Positions 9,209 to 18,818 of a DNA stretch of 64,000 nt are shown piece after piece; within the stretch, counting starts at the first letter, position 1; the number at the start of each line of letters is the position of its first letter. The position numbers and the translations under genes were made by a program. The stretch is from an uncultured Collinsella sp. Lineage in GTDB: Bacteria > Actinomycetota > Coriobacteriia > Coriobacteriales > Coriobacteriaceae. The notes beneath the pieces were generated by a model. That model saw only the letters and a program-made list of their open reading frames with translations. It was not told the DNA's origin and made no database searches. Where the stretch lies: NCBI GenBank assembly GCA_959605475.1, contig CAUHFS010000002.1:48-64047 (forward strand), read 5' to 3'.

Positions 9209-10081
9209 CTACAGGCGCTTGAGAATCACATAGCGGTTGAGCTCGCCGCTACGACCGTCGGCATGGAAGCGCTCAAGCTCACGCACGGGGACCTCGCCGC
9301 TCTTGTAGAACGTACGGACGCCGCGCACCAGGTCGGTGATCTGCTGATCGTCAAAGTGATGGCAATAGCGGTAGGCGTGGCGGTCGTTTTGCCAGCCAAT
9401 GAGGTGGTCGCCGGCTTCAAACTGCGCGGAATCGTAACCCTCAAACGGCGGGGTGAGCTCGGCACGGGCTTCGGCTCGAACGGCCTTGCGCGCCATGCGC
9501 TCATCGTTCATAAACTCCCAAAAGCTGATGGCGATGATGCCGCCCGGGCGCGTCTGCCGCACCAGGGCGTCGAGCACGCGTACGCGGTACTCGCACGACG
9601 GCACGTGGTGCATAAAGCCAAAGCAGACCGAGATGTCGGCGAGCGGGGCGTCGAAAAGCACGTCGGGTGTTTCGGCGGGGTTGAGCTTCATGAGGGCGTC
9701 GAGCACGTCGAGTTCCTGGAAGTGCAGGTTGGGAATGCGAAGCGCGTGGCCATGTGCATCGATGGCCAGGTCTTGGCACGAGTCGACGCCATAGAACTCA
9801 AACGGGCAGCTGGCATCTGCCGAGGGGTTTGCGCCGTCGACACCCTTGGCGGCAAGTGCGCCGCCGGCTGCAAAGTTCTCGAATCGCATATTGCCGCAGG
9901 CGAGATCGAAGACGCGGACGGGATGCTCGATCGTGGCGACGTCGAGCTGCCCGAGCGCGATGTCCATGGTGCGTACCCAGCCGGGCCACGGGGCCTGGCG
10001 CGTATCGGAGAAGGAGGCGGAGTGCTCGCGATAGAACGTGTTGTTGAGCTGGATGAGCGATGAGGCGAAATCGCGGTTCAC
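9209..10081 (-). CDS. Class I SAM-dependent methyltransferase, Trm9/ALKBH8-like
   Basis: DLACGN SAM motif plus FY...SFSDTRQAPWP, FMHHVP...R...RPGG...SFW, DHLIGW and YRYCHHF. GTG start at 10081 after a GGAGGGAG RBS. Confidence 0.75.
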   Translation of the reverse strand: MNRDFASSLIQLNNTFYREHSASFSDTRQAPWPGWVRTMDIALGQLDVATIEHPVRVFDLACGNMRFENFAAGGALAAKGVDGANPSADASCPFEFYGVDSCQDLAIDAHGHALRIPNLHFQELDVLDALMKLNPAETPDVLFDAPLADISVCFGFMHHVPSCEYRVRVLDALVRQTRPGGIIAISFWEFMNDERMARKAVRAEARAELTPPFEGYDSAQFEAGDHLIGWQNDRHAYRYCHHFDDQQITDLVRGVRTFYKSGEVPVRELERFHADGRSGELNRYVILKRL

Positions 10082-10348
10082 GGCGCGGGACTCCCTCCGT
10101 TGGCGGTGCGGAATAAACAGTACGACCATACTACCGTTAACGCCGCAACGGGGACAACCAAGCTGTGGGTCATTGCTTTGTTTGGACACATTTCCGCAGC
10201 TCATATGTGCCCGCAACCGCCGGTTGTCAAAAATCTCACTAGAATAGGTGGCATGCTCTTGGCGGTGGCGGATAGATTTTTAACTGTGCAAGGCGCCTTA
10301 AGAACAAAAACGGTCCGGCGGCACGGCTGGCATCACATAGGAGGAACC

Positions 10349-11071
10349 ATGAATGTAGAAACTGCGCAGCGGCTCGCCGACCTTCGTCGCAGCAAGGGTT
10401 TTAGCCAAGAAGGGCTGGCGCGAAAGCTGGGGCTGTCGCGCCAGGCAGTCAGTAAATGGGAGCGCGCGGAGAGCTCGCCCGATACCGAGAACCTGATCTC
10501 GCTCGCCAAACTCTATGGCGTGAGCCTGGACGAGCTGCTCAATCCGAGCGACGAGATCGAGGACGATATCGAGTTTGAGAACGAGGACCGCGCCCGTCAG
10601 CGCGAGGCCGAGGCGGCAGAGCGTGCTCGCACCCATGAGGCGGCGGCACGCGCCACGGAGGCAGCTACGCAGGCAAGTGATGCCGCAGCCAAGGCGGCGC
10701 AGGCGGCAAGCTGGAGTGCGCAGGCCGCCAATGCCGCTACGGCGCAGGCGACGAGTGGCACCGCGGTTGGCTCGACTCCGGTGAAGGGCCCGTTCCAGTC
10801 GTTCCCGTATTGGGCCGTGTGCTGGCTGCTGTTCTTTTTGCTGATGTTCCTGTTTGGTGCCGGCCCCTTTGCCGCGCTGATCTTCTTTACGATTCCCATC
10901 TATCACTGGGTGGCGCGTGCGCTCGATGGTGATTGGGCGCGCGGGGATATTCAGGTTGGTCCGGCGTCGGTGGCGATCAAGGCCCAGGGGAAGGATGCTT
11001 CTGCGGAACCCGATGCTGACGTGGCTACCACGACCACCGCTGAGCCATGTGCCAAAGAGGGTGACGAATGA
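10349..11071 (+). CDS. XRE-family HTH regulator with C-terminal transmembrane segments
   Basis: LRRSKGFSQEGLARKLGLSRQAVSKWERAESSPD HTH; hydrophobic C-terminal block; GGAGGA RBS before ATG 10349. Confidence 0.88.
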   Translation: MNVETAQRLADLRRSKGFSQEGLARKLGLSRQAVSKWERAESSPDTENLISLAKLYGVSLDELLNPSDEIEDDIEFENEDRARQREAEAAERARTHEAAARATEAATQASDAAAKAAQAASWSAQAANAATAQATSGTAVGSTPVKGPFQSFPYWAVCWLLFFLLMFLFGAGPFAALIFFTIPIYHWVARALDGDWARGDIQVGPASVAIKAQGKDASAEPDADVATTTTAEPCAKEGDE

Positions 11072-11967
11072 TGAAGCTTTCGCATGAATCCAAGGTACGC
11101 CTGGGTGTTGGCATCGGAGCGTTTGTGCTCATTGTTGGGCTTGTCTTTGGCGTTTCGCGGACATTGATTCATTTTGATGGCCCGTGGGATCTCGACGATG
11201 TTGTATCCGGCTTGTCTGGTATGGACGATGCGCTTGACGAGGACGATCTTTTGGATAGCGGTAACTATTCCGCTCGGCCTCAACAGCTTTCGAGCGAAAC
11301 GTTTGATGCCGACGCGTTCACATCGCTTGATTTGGACGTGACGTCGGGCACGGTCGAGGTCAAACACGTCTCCGGCGGGCCAGTGCGCGTAATTGAAAGC
11401 GGTCGCGTGGCAACGGGGACCGTTGCCTTCGATGCGGCAACCCAGAACCTGGCCGAAATCAAGGGTTCTACGCTCAAGATTCGCCAGTTCGATTGCGATG
11501 ACGAGCGCGCCATTGACCGCACGGTTACCGTCGAACTGCCGCGCGATGTTGCCGATAACATGGTGGGCATCACAGCGAATGTGGGATCGGGTGATCTGAC
11601 GGTCGCGGGCATTGCGTGTCATGACCTCAACCTGACTTTGGACTCGGGAGACGTCGAGTTTACGGGTACCGTGACCGATACCCTGAATGCCGAGGTCGGT
11701 TCGGGCGATGTGACGTTCGAGCTCTACCAGGCCCCCGCGAAGTCGATGGACGTGAGCGTGGGCTCGGGCGATGTGGAGATGACGGTTCCGAACTCGACGG
11801 GCTTTAAGGCGAGCCTCACCTTGGGCAGCGGCGACTTCGAGAGCGATTTCCTTCCGCTTGGCTACGACGGCGAGACCGTTTTGAATCTTGAATTCGATAA
11901 CGGCGATAAGTCTGCCACGTATCGTTTTGAGGTCGGTTCGGGCGACATGTCGTTTGATTCGGAGTAG
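11068..11967 (+). CDS. DUF4097-like beta-strand-repeat (adhesin-like) membrane-anchored protein
   Basis: N-terminal TM segment and repeated (V/L)GSGD(V/L/F) units; ATGA overlap with the regulator. Confidence 0.8.
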   Translation: MMKLSHESKVRLGVGIGAFVLIVGLVFGVSRTLIHFDGPWDLDDVVSGLSGMDDALDEDDLLDSGNYSARPQQLSSETFDADAFTSLDLDVTSGTVEVKHVSGGPVRVIESGRVATGTVAFDAATQNLAEIKGSTLKIRQFDCDDERAIDRTVTVELPRDVADNMVGITANVGSGDLTVAGIACHDLNLTLDSGDVEFTGTVTDTLNAEVGSGDVTFELYQAPAKSMDVSVGSGDVEMTVPNSTGFKASLTLGSGDFESDFLPLGYDGETVLNLEFDNGDKSATYRFEVGSGDMSFDSE

Positions 11968-12066
11968 TGAGGCAGACGAAAGCCTAGGCGAAGATATAGA
12001 CGCGCTGTTTGGTGAAGGCGTCGAAGCCGAGATTGGCTTCGGCGCCTTTGCCTTTACAATGGGGGC

Positions 12067-13974
12067 ATGGAACAGATTATCTTGAACATACTCGAGGCTC
12101 TGCGTCGCGGCGAGACCGTGGACGACAAAGCGCTCGTCAAACTGATACATGCCGAGGCACGCCGTGAGGGTGCCGACAAGCGCGATCTGGCCAAGCGTCG
12201 CCTGCTGCCGTTTTACCAGCGGGTGAAGCGCGAGGAGCCGGCTCGTTGGACGGTATGGAATGTCGACGCCGAGCTAGAGCGTCAACTGCTGCAGGTGCTA
12301 CGCATGAAGCCTCGTCGCACGGCTTCGGGCGTAGCGACCATTACCGTCATCACCAAGCCGTGGCCGTGCTCGGGCGATTGCCTGTTTTGCCCCAACGACC
12401 TGCGCATGCCCAAAAGCTATCTGCACGCCGAGCCGGCGTGCGCCCGTGCAGAGCAAAACTGCTTCGATCCATATCTGCAGGTGAGCGCCCGTTTGACGGC
12501 GCTTTCGCAGATGGGGCATGCGACCGATAAGATAGAGCTCATCGTGCTCGGTGGCACCTGGAGCGACTATCCGGAAGGGTATCAGACGTGGTTTATGTCG
12601 GAGCTTTTCCGTGCGCTCAATGACGATGCCGTCGCCGGCGTGGCGGCAAACCCCATGTTGGCGCGTCCGGGCATCAGTCGTGCCGAGGCGGGGCGCCTGC
12701 TCGATGACGCTCCCGCCGATGCCCTGCCGCCGGTGGTAGCGGAGCGTCGCGAGCGCTATCGGGCAGCCGGCATTGCGACAGACGAGGTCGAGCTTGCTGC
12801 CGGCGTTGCCGACGACCAGGGGCGTGTGGATGCTGCCGTGGGCGGCTACAACCGTGCGGTGCGTCGTCTGTACGGCCCCGGTACGCCGTGGGGCGAAGTC
12901 GCCGAGTGGCAGACGGCAACGATGGAGGAGCTTGAACGTCAACAGCGCATCAACGAGACGGCGAAGCATCGCGTGGTGGGACTCGTTATCGAGACGCGCC
13001 CCGATGCCGTAACGCCGAAGGCCCTCACGCTTATCCGCCGCCTGGGCTGCACCAAGATCCAGATGGGCATCCAGAGCCTCGACCAGCACCTGCTCGATAT
13101 CAACGAGCGGCGCATTTCGGTGGCGCAGATCGAGCGGGCGTTTTCGCTTGCGCGCCTGTTTGGCTTTAAGATTCACGCGCATTTTATGCTCAACTTGCTG
13201 GGCGCCACGCCCGAAGGGGACAAGCGCGACTACGAGCGCTTTGTGACCGAGGGGGCCTTTATGCCCGACGAGGTCAAAGTCTATCCGTGTGCACTCATCG
13301 AGGGCTCGCGTCTGGTGGGCTGCTATGAGCGTGGCAAGTGGCGTCCCTATACCGAGGAGGAGCTGCTCGATGTACTGGCCGATGACATCGTGGTGACGCC
13401 GGCGTTCTGCCGCATCAGTCGCATGATCCGCGACTTTAGCTCCGATGACATCATGGTGGGCAACAAGAAGCCCAACCTGCGTCAGCTCGTCGAGAATCGC
13501 TTGGCGGCTCGTGGAGAAGGCACAGTGGTGCGCGAGATTCGCTATCGCGAGATCAGTACCGCGGGTGCCGACTTGGATGAGCTTTCTCTTGATGAGGAAG
13601 TGGCGTACGAGACGCCGGTGACTCACGAGCGCTTTTTGCAGTGGGTGACGCCGCGGGGCAAGATCGCGGGCTTTTTGCGGTTGTCGCTGCCCGACCATTC
13701 GTTTGTTGCCGCACATGCGGACGAGTTGCCGACGACGCCGGACGAGGCGATGATTCGCGAGGTGCACGTGTATGGCATGGCGGCGCGCGTGGGCGATCAG
13801 GGCCAGGCGGCGCAACATCACGGGTTGGGGCGTTTGCTCGTAGAGCGTGCGTGCGAGATTGCCCGGGATGCGGGTTATGCGCGTATCAACGTGATTAGCG
13901 CGATTGGCACGCGCGAGTACTATCGCCATCTTGGATTTTATGACCATGGCCTTTATCTGCAAAAGGAGCTCTAG
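12067..13974 (+). CDS. elp3: Elp3-family radical SAM/KAT protein (tRNA U34 carboxymethylation enzyme)
   Basis: KPRRTASGVATITV, CxxxCxxCP, PKSY, GGTW, IETRPD, GIQS, RISRMIRD, EIRYRE, IREVHVYG, QHHGLG and ISAIGTREYY motifs. Confidence 0.9.
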   Translation: MEQIILNILEALRRGETVDDKALVKLIHAEARREGADKRDLAKRRLLPFYQRVKREEPARWTVWNVDAELERQLLQVLRMKPRRTASGVATITVITKPWPCSGDCLFCPNDLRMPKSYLHAEPACARAEQNCFDPYLQVSARLTALSQMGHATDKIELIVLGGTWSDYPEGYQTWFMSELFRALNDDAVAGVAANPMLARPGISRAEAGRLLDDAPADALPPVVAERRERYRAAGIATDEVELAAGVADDQGRVDAAVGGYNRAVRRLYGPGTPWGEVAEWQTATMEELERQQRINETAKHRVVGLVIETRPDAVTPKALTLIRRLGCTKIQMGIQSLDQHLLDINERRISVAQIERAFSLARLFGFKIHAHFMLNLLGATPEGDKRDYERFVTEGAFMPDEVKVYPCALIEGSRLVGCYERGKWRPYTEEELLDVLADDIVVTPAFCRISRMIRDFSSDDIMVGNKKPNLRQLVENRLAARGEGTVVREIRYREISTAGADLDELSLDEEVAYETPVTHERFLQWVTPRGKIAGFLRLSLPDHSFVAAHADELPTTPDEAMIREVHVYGMAARVGDQGQAAQHHGLGRLLVERACEIARDAGYARINVISAIGTREYYRHLGFYDHGLYLQKEL

Positions 13975-14850
13975 ATGAACAAGCCGAGTGTTTCTGCCGG
14001 CGTCGTTGCCGGCGTTGCTCTGGGAGCCGCGGCGCTTGGTGCGGCCGCCGTCGCTGTTCGTGCTGCCTGTCTGCAGGTTGCGCGAACCCGCAATGGCTTG
14101 GCGCGTGTGAAACGCGTGCACGACGAGGGCGGCGACGAAGTCCGCGTATTGGTGCAAGGCGGCGTCTACCAAAGCGCGAGTTACGTTGGTGAGCGCTGGG
14201 CGGAGCCCGTCTTTGCGTACTATCGCGCGTTTAACGACGTGTTTGAGGCCGAGGATGCGATGCGCGACGCTTATGGTCACGGTATCGACCGCATTCTTAT
14301 GCTGGGCGGCGGCGGGTTTGCCTATCCTAAATTCGCCCTGATGTCGCACGAGGGCTTGCGCATGGACGTCATCGAGTATGACGGAGAGATTACGCGCCTG
14401 GCGCGCCGCTGGTTCTACCTAGACGAGCTGGAGCGCGCGGCGGGCGATCGCCTGCGGGTGATAACCGCTGAGGCTCGCTCGTATCTGGGTGTGACGAGCG
14501 TGGGCCATCGTCGCTATGACGCGGTCGTGAGCGATTGCTTTGGCGGTGCCGAGCCCGTACGCGAGTTGGCGACGGTTGAGGCGTTGCGTTTAGTGCGGGG
14601 CAGCCTAAATGTTGGTGGCGTCTACGTCGCCAATATCGTGAGCGCAAACGAGGGGAGCGACGTGACGTTCCTGCGCGACTGCGCTGCCACGGCACTCGAG
14701 GTATTCGCCCATGCCTGGGTGGTCCCATGTGGCGATGCGAAGTTCGGCGGCGAGGAAAACTACCTGCTCATCGCCAGCGACGGCGACTATGTCTTTGCCG
14801 AAGCTGTGCCCTTCGACACCGACTTCCTCGGCACTGCTCTCCACGACTAG
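13975..14850 (+). CDS. Spermidine synthase-like SAM-dependent transferase with N-terminal hydrophobic anchor
   Basis: YQSA, LMLGGGGFAYP, VIEYD, DAVVSDCF and GGVYVANI motifs; ATG abuts the elp3 stop codon. Confidence 0.8.
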   Translation: MNKPSVSAGVVAGVALGAAALGAAAVAVRAACLQVARTRNGLARVKRVHDEGGDEVRVLVQGGVYQSASYVGERWAEPVFAYYRAFNDVFEAEDAMRDAYGHGIDRILMLGGGGFAYPKFALMSHEGLRMDVIEYDGEITRLARRWFYLDELERAAGDRLRVITAEARSYLGVTSVGHRRYDAVVSDCFGGAEPVRELATVEALRLVRGSLNVGGVYVANIVSANEGSDVTFLRDCAATALEVFAHAWVVPCGDAKFGGEENYLLIASDGDYVFAEAVPFDTDFLGTALHD

Positions 14851-14863
14851 CACGTCTCCCTGC

Positions 14864-14952
14864 GACCAGTCTGTTTGTGGTGGGGCTCTTTTAGCTACTT
14901 CTTGGTCATGCCCAAAGTAGCTCAACAAGCCCCGTCCCAAAAAAGACTGGTC
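14864..14952. repeat. Long imperfect palindrome (REPIN-like)
   Basis: Nested arms gaccagtct/agactggtc, ggggct/agcccc and agctactt/aagtagct; contains GTCCC; lies between convergent genes. Confidence 0.6.
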
Positions 14953-17397
14953 TTAGGCGTGGTCGCGCCAGCCGAGAACGCGCTGCTTCATGTCTTCGAT
15001 GTCGAGCACGCCTTCGGCAAAGCCCTTGCGCACGAGCTCTTCGGGAACGAACTCATCGTAACGATCAAAGTAAGGCACCTCGCCGGGATAGACGAGCTCG
15101 ATGGGGTCGAAGTCCTTTTCGGCCTCGGCTGCGAGCACCTCAAAGAACGTCTCCTCGTCGGCCTTCATCTTAAACTGCATAAAGTATGGACGCGACGGAT
15201 CGAGCCCGCGAAGGCCCAGCTCCGCGGCACACTTAATCTTGAGCATACGTTCGAGCGCCAGAAAGGCGTAGCTGCCCAACCAGGGGAAGAGCACCCAGGT
15301 GTCGCCACCCAGGTTGATGAGCGGTTTGGTCCCCGCACCCGAAATCTCGGCGGTATGACGAGCCTGTGCAAGGCGTGCCCGTGCGTTGCCCATGAGGTAC
15401 GGATATGCCGCGTGCTCGTTGAGCGCCTTGCGCATGCGCTCGAGTACATGCGTGTTAATGTCGCCGGGGCAGTCGCCAAAGTATGCCGGCACACGACCTT
15501 TGACTTGCGTGGCAAAGACGGTGTGTCGCTTCCAGTCCACTTCCTCGACTATCCAGCAGTGCCCGGCTATGGCGATGCGCTCACCGGGCGGTGGCGGATT
15601 GACGATCGTGCCCAACTCGGCCGACTCGCTGCGAACGGTGAACTCCTCGTTTTCCTGGAACACAGCGTAGAACTTAAAGTTGTTAATGATGCGCTCGCCC
15701 GCGAGACCCACGATGAGCTCACCGCCCTCGGTGACCTGGATGTGGTCGATCTTGATGAGGTGGCGCAGCAGTACGCGATAGTCATCGGCCGAGACGCGGT
15801 GGAAATAGCTGAGCGTGAGCACGCGCTGAGCAAGCTCGGCCGGCGTGAGCTCGCCGGTGCTGGCGAGCGTCGACATGGTCTGGTGGTAGAGCAGGCTGTA
15901 GGGGAGTCGATCGAGCTCGGGCGGCTCGACCCACTTTTCCTCGCGATAGAGTTGTACGAGTGCGATGCCCTGCAGGAGCTTCCAGGGTATCGTTTCGGGC
16001 ATCATCGTGCGCGGCTCGGGTTCTTCCTCGCGCATGACAAACCACATCTCGGGCGGAAGGTCGCGACGGCCTGTGCGCCCCATGCGCTGCAAAAAGGAGC
16101 TGACGGTAAACGGCGCGTCAATCTGGAACGCGCGCTCCAGGCGACCGATATCAATGCCGAGCTCCAGCGTGGAGGTGGTGACGGTCGTCTGCGCCTGCTC
16201 TTCGTCGCGCATGAGCTCCTCGGCCGTCTCGCGCAGCGATGCCGAAAGGTTGCCGTGATGGATTAGAAAGCGGTCTGGCTCGTGCCGGCTCTCGCAGTAG
16301 CTGCGCAACATGGAGCACACGGCCTCTGCCTCCTCGCGCGAGTTGGCAAAGACCAGGCACTTGCGGCCGCGGGTATGCTCAAAGATGTAGCCCATGCCGG
16401 GGTCGGCGTTGTCGGGTGCGGTGTCGGTGGGGTTGAGCAGTGCCTGTTCGGTTGCCTGCGGGATGTCGACTTCGCCCTCGGGGGCTGAGGAAGTGCGACG
16501 GTCCTTGGGGGCAGCCTTGCCCCGTGCCCGCTCACGACGTTGACGGCGCTCCTCTTGTGTGAGCTGCCCGCTGTGACGCATGTCTTGGGCGCCGGCGGGC
16601 AGTGCCGTGGGCGCCACCGCCTCGATGCGCTCGCATGCGAGCACTTCGGCTTCCTGCGGACCTGTACTCGCGAATCCTCGCTGCTGCGCCTGGGGACCCG
16701 AGTTGTAGAAGTGCTCCATGGAGATGCGCCACACGCGGCGCGGCTCCTCAAAACGTGGGATGACGCAGTTGCGTCCCGTCCCCTGCGACAGGAAGGCGCC
16801 CGTGCGCTCGGGGTCGCCGATGGTTGCCGACAGACCGATGCGGCGGGGCTGCACGCCTGCCATGCGCGAGAGCCGCTCGATAAGGCAGAGCGTCTGCCCG
16901 CCGCGGTCGCCGCGCATGAGCGAATGGACTTCGTCGATAACCACATAGCGCAGGTCGCAGAACATACGAGGGATCGCCATGTGCTTATGGATCAGGAGCG
17001 CCTCGAGTGACTCGGGCGTAATCTGCAAGATGCCGCTCGGTTTTTTGATGAGCTTAGCCTTGTGCGACTGCGAGACATCGCCATGCCAGTGCCAGACAGG
17101 GATATCGGCTTCTTCGCACAGATCGTTGAGGCGGACGAATTGGTCATTGATGAGCGCCTTGAGGGGGCCAATGTAGAGGGCGCCCACGCTTGCGGGCGGG
17201 TTCTCCCAAAACTCGGTCAGGATGGGAAAGAAGGCTGCCTCGGTTTTGCCAGATGCCGTGGAGGCCGTCAGGAGCACATTGTCTTGCGTGTTGAAGATGG
17301 CATCTGCCGCCGCAACCTGGATGGAGCGCAGGCTCTCCCAATCGTGGGAGTAGATGAAGTCTTGGATAAACGGGGCGTAGCGGTCAAAGGCGTTCAC
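14953..17397 (-). CDS. sngC: Lhr-like SF2 helicase, Shango SngC-like
   Basis: TASGKTEAA, PLKALIND, TPESLE, DEVH, LSAT, HHGNLS, TLELGIDIG and QRMGRTGRR motifs. GTG start at 17397 after GAAAGGAGG. Confidence 0.8.
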   Translation of the reverse strand: MNAFDRYAPFIQDFIYSHDWESLRSIQVAAADAIFNTQDNVLLTASTASGKTEAAFFPILTEFWENPPASVGALYIGPLKALINDQFVRLNDLCEEADIPVWHWHGDVSQSHKAKLIKKPSGILQITPESLEALLIHKHMAIPRMFCDLRYVVIDEVHSLMRGDRGGQTLCLIERLSRMAGVQPRRIGLSATIGDPERTGAFLSQGTGRNCVIPRFEEPRRVWRISMEHFYNSGPQAQQRGFASTGPQEAEVLACERIEAVAPTALPAGAQDMRHSGQLTQEERRQRRERARGKAAPKDRRTSSAPEGEVDIPQATEQALLNPTDTAPDNADPGMGYIFEHTRGRKCLVFANSREEAEAVCSMLRSYCESRHEPDRFLIHHGNLSASLRETAEELMRDEEQAQTTVTTSTLELGIDIGRLERAFQIDAPFTVSSFLQRMGRTGRRDLPPEMWFVMREEEPEPRTMMPETIPWKLLQGIALVQLYREEKWVEPPELDRLPYSLLYHQTMSTLASTGELTPAELAQRVLTLSYFHRVSADDYRVLLRHLIKIDHIQVTEGGELIVGLAGERIINNFKFYAVFQENEEFTVRSESAELGTIVNPPPPGERIAIAGHCWIVEEVDWKRHTVFATQVKGRVPAYFGDCPGDINTHVLERMRKALNEHAAYPYLMGNARARLAQARHTAEISGAGTKPLINLGGDTWVLFPWLGSYAFLALERMLKIKCAAELGLRGLDPSRPYFMQFKMKADEETFFEVLAAEAEKDFDPIELVYPGEVPYFDRYDEFVPEELVRKGFAEGVLDIEDMKQRVLGWRDHA

Positions 17398-17513
17398 GAG
17401 GCCTCCTTTCAAAAGCGAATCTCTCAACGCGGCGGGCAGTGGCTTGCTGCATTACCGCTTCAACGTTTGCCCAGATAAAACCTGCCAAAATAAACCTATC
17501 CCTTTTTGGCAGG

Positions 17514-18818
17514 TTAGATGGTGAATTCGGCGAAGTTACGGTCACCGCCTGCGGTGCCGGTGTCGCCTGTTGCTGCTGCCGGCGCCAGCGCGTCGCCGCC
17601 GACGCTTTGCAGCAGCTCGGCTACGTTGGCGTCGGGGTTCTGGCATAGGATGTCGAGCAGCTCGATAAAGTCGCGAATGACTTCACGCGGCGTCAGATGT
17701 GTGTCGGCTCCCACACGACCGAACTCGATCTTGAGGAAGTCCACCAAGTCGTTCTCGGTAAGCGTGGGCGTCCAGCCAAAGTAGCCGGCGTGAATTTGCA
17801 TGAGTTTTTCGATCAGCACCAGCAGCTCCTCGTAGGTGAGTGGCTGCAGACGGATGATGGGCGCGAGCATGTCCTTAAGGTCCTCGCGTGCAAAGCGGCC
17901 TTGAGCGAGTCGGCTGCGCAGGGCCTCGTAGGAGAACACGCCGCGGCGGCGGTCTTCGATGGAGGTTGGCGTGCCGCCCATGATCATGCCCAGGTACTGC
18001 GCCTTGCCCTGGAGTGTGTCGTTGTACATGGTCAGGATCTTCTCGTAGTTGTACTGGCGCGTGATGGCGTTGGGAATCTTATACAGATTCACGAGCTCGT
18101 CGATGAGCACCAACATACCCTTGTAGCCGCTGCAGACCAAAAAGCGTGCAATGAGCTTAACGTAGTCGTACCAGTCGTCATCGCTGATGATGGTCGAGGA
18201 GCCCAGCTCAGCGCGTGCCTCACTCTTGGTGCGGTATTCGCCGCGAATCCATTTGGTCACGCGGCTCATAGCTTCTTCGTCGCCCTCGGATACGGCCGCG
18301 CGGTAGCGGTGGAGCATGCGGGTGAAGTCGAAGCCGTGGACCATTTCCTCGAGCGGGGCCAGTTGGGCATTGACGGCAGACTCGTCGGCGTCGGCACAGG
18401 AGGCGACCCAGCGATCGAGGATTAGGTTGAGCGCACCGCCCTCGGGGCGCGTTTTAGTCGATATGTTACGGATGAGCTCACGGTAGGTGGCAAGGCCCTG
18501 TCCCTGGCCGCCCTGCAGGCGGCGCTCAGGGGATAGGTCGGCATCGGCGACGACGAATCCCTCGCCCATGGCGTGCGTGCGGATGGTCTGGAGCAAAAAG
18601 CTCTTGCCGGCTCCGTAGCGACCGACCAGAAAGCGGAAGCTTGCGCCACCGTCGGCAATGAGACTCAGATCGGTGAGCAGGGCGCGGATCTCGACCTCGC
18701 GCCCTACGGTGATGTAAGGAAGGCCGATGCGCGGGACCACGCCGCCCTTGAGCGAGTTGAGAATGACGGCAGCGACGCGCTTGGGCACGCGGGGTGCTGC
18801 GGATGCGGTATCACTCAT
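17514..18818 (-). CDS. sngB: DUF2791/BrxD-like P-loop ATPase, Shango SngB-like
   Basis: SLKGGVVPRIGL, Walker A GRYGAGKS, LSPERRL, Walker B LIDELVNL and YEALRSRL. Confidence 0.85.
   Translation of the reverse strand: MSDTASAAPRVPKRVAAVILNSLKGGVVPRIGLPYITVGREVEIRALLTDLSLIADGGASFRFLVGRYGAGKSFLLQTIRTHAMGEGFVVADADLSPERRLQGGQGQGLATYRELIRNISTKTRPEGGALNLILDRWVASCADADESAVNAQLAPLEEMVHGFDFTRMLHRYRAAVSEGDEEAMSRVTKWIRGEYRTKSEARAELGSSTIISDDDWYDYVKLIARFLVCSGYKGMLVLIDELVNLYKIPNAITRQYNYEKILTMYNDTLQGKAQYLGMIMGGTPTSIEDRRRGVFSYEALRSRLAQGRFAREDLKDMLAPIIRLQPLTYEELLVLIEKLMQIHAGYFGWTPTLTENDLVDFLKIEFGRVGADTHLTPREVIRDFIELLDILCQNPDANVAELLQSVGGDALAPAAATGDTGTAGGDRNFAEFTI

Noticed and set aside
17514..18818. BREX system suggested by the BrxD-like ATPase
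   Set aside because: No pglX, pglZ or brxC nearby; the TerB/ATPase/Lhr context fits Shango instead.
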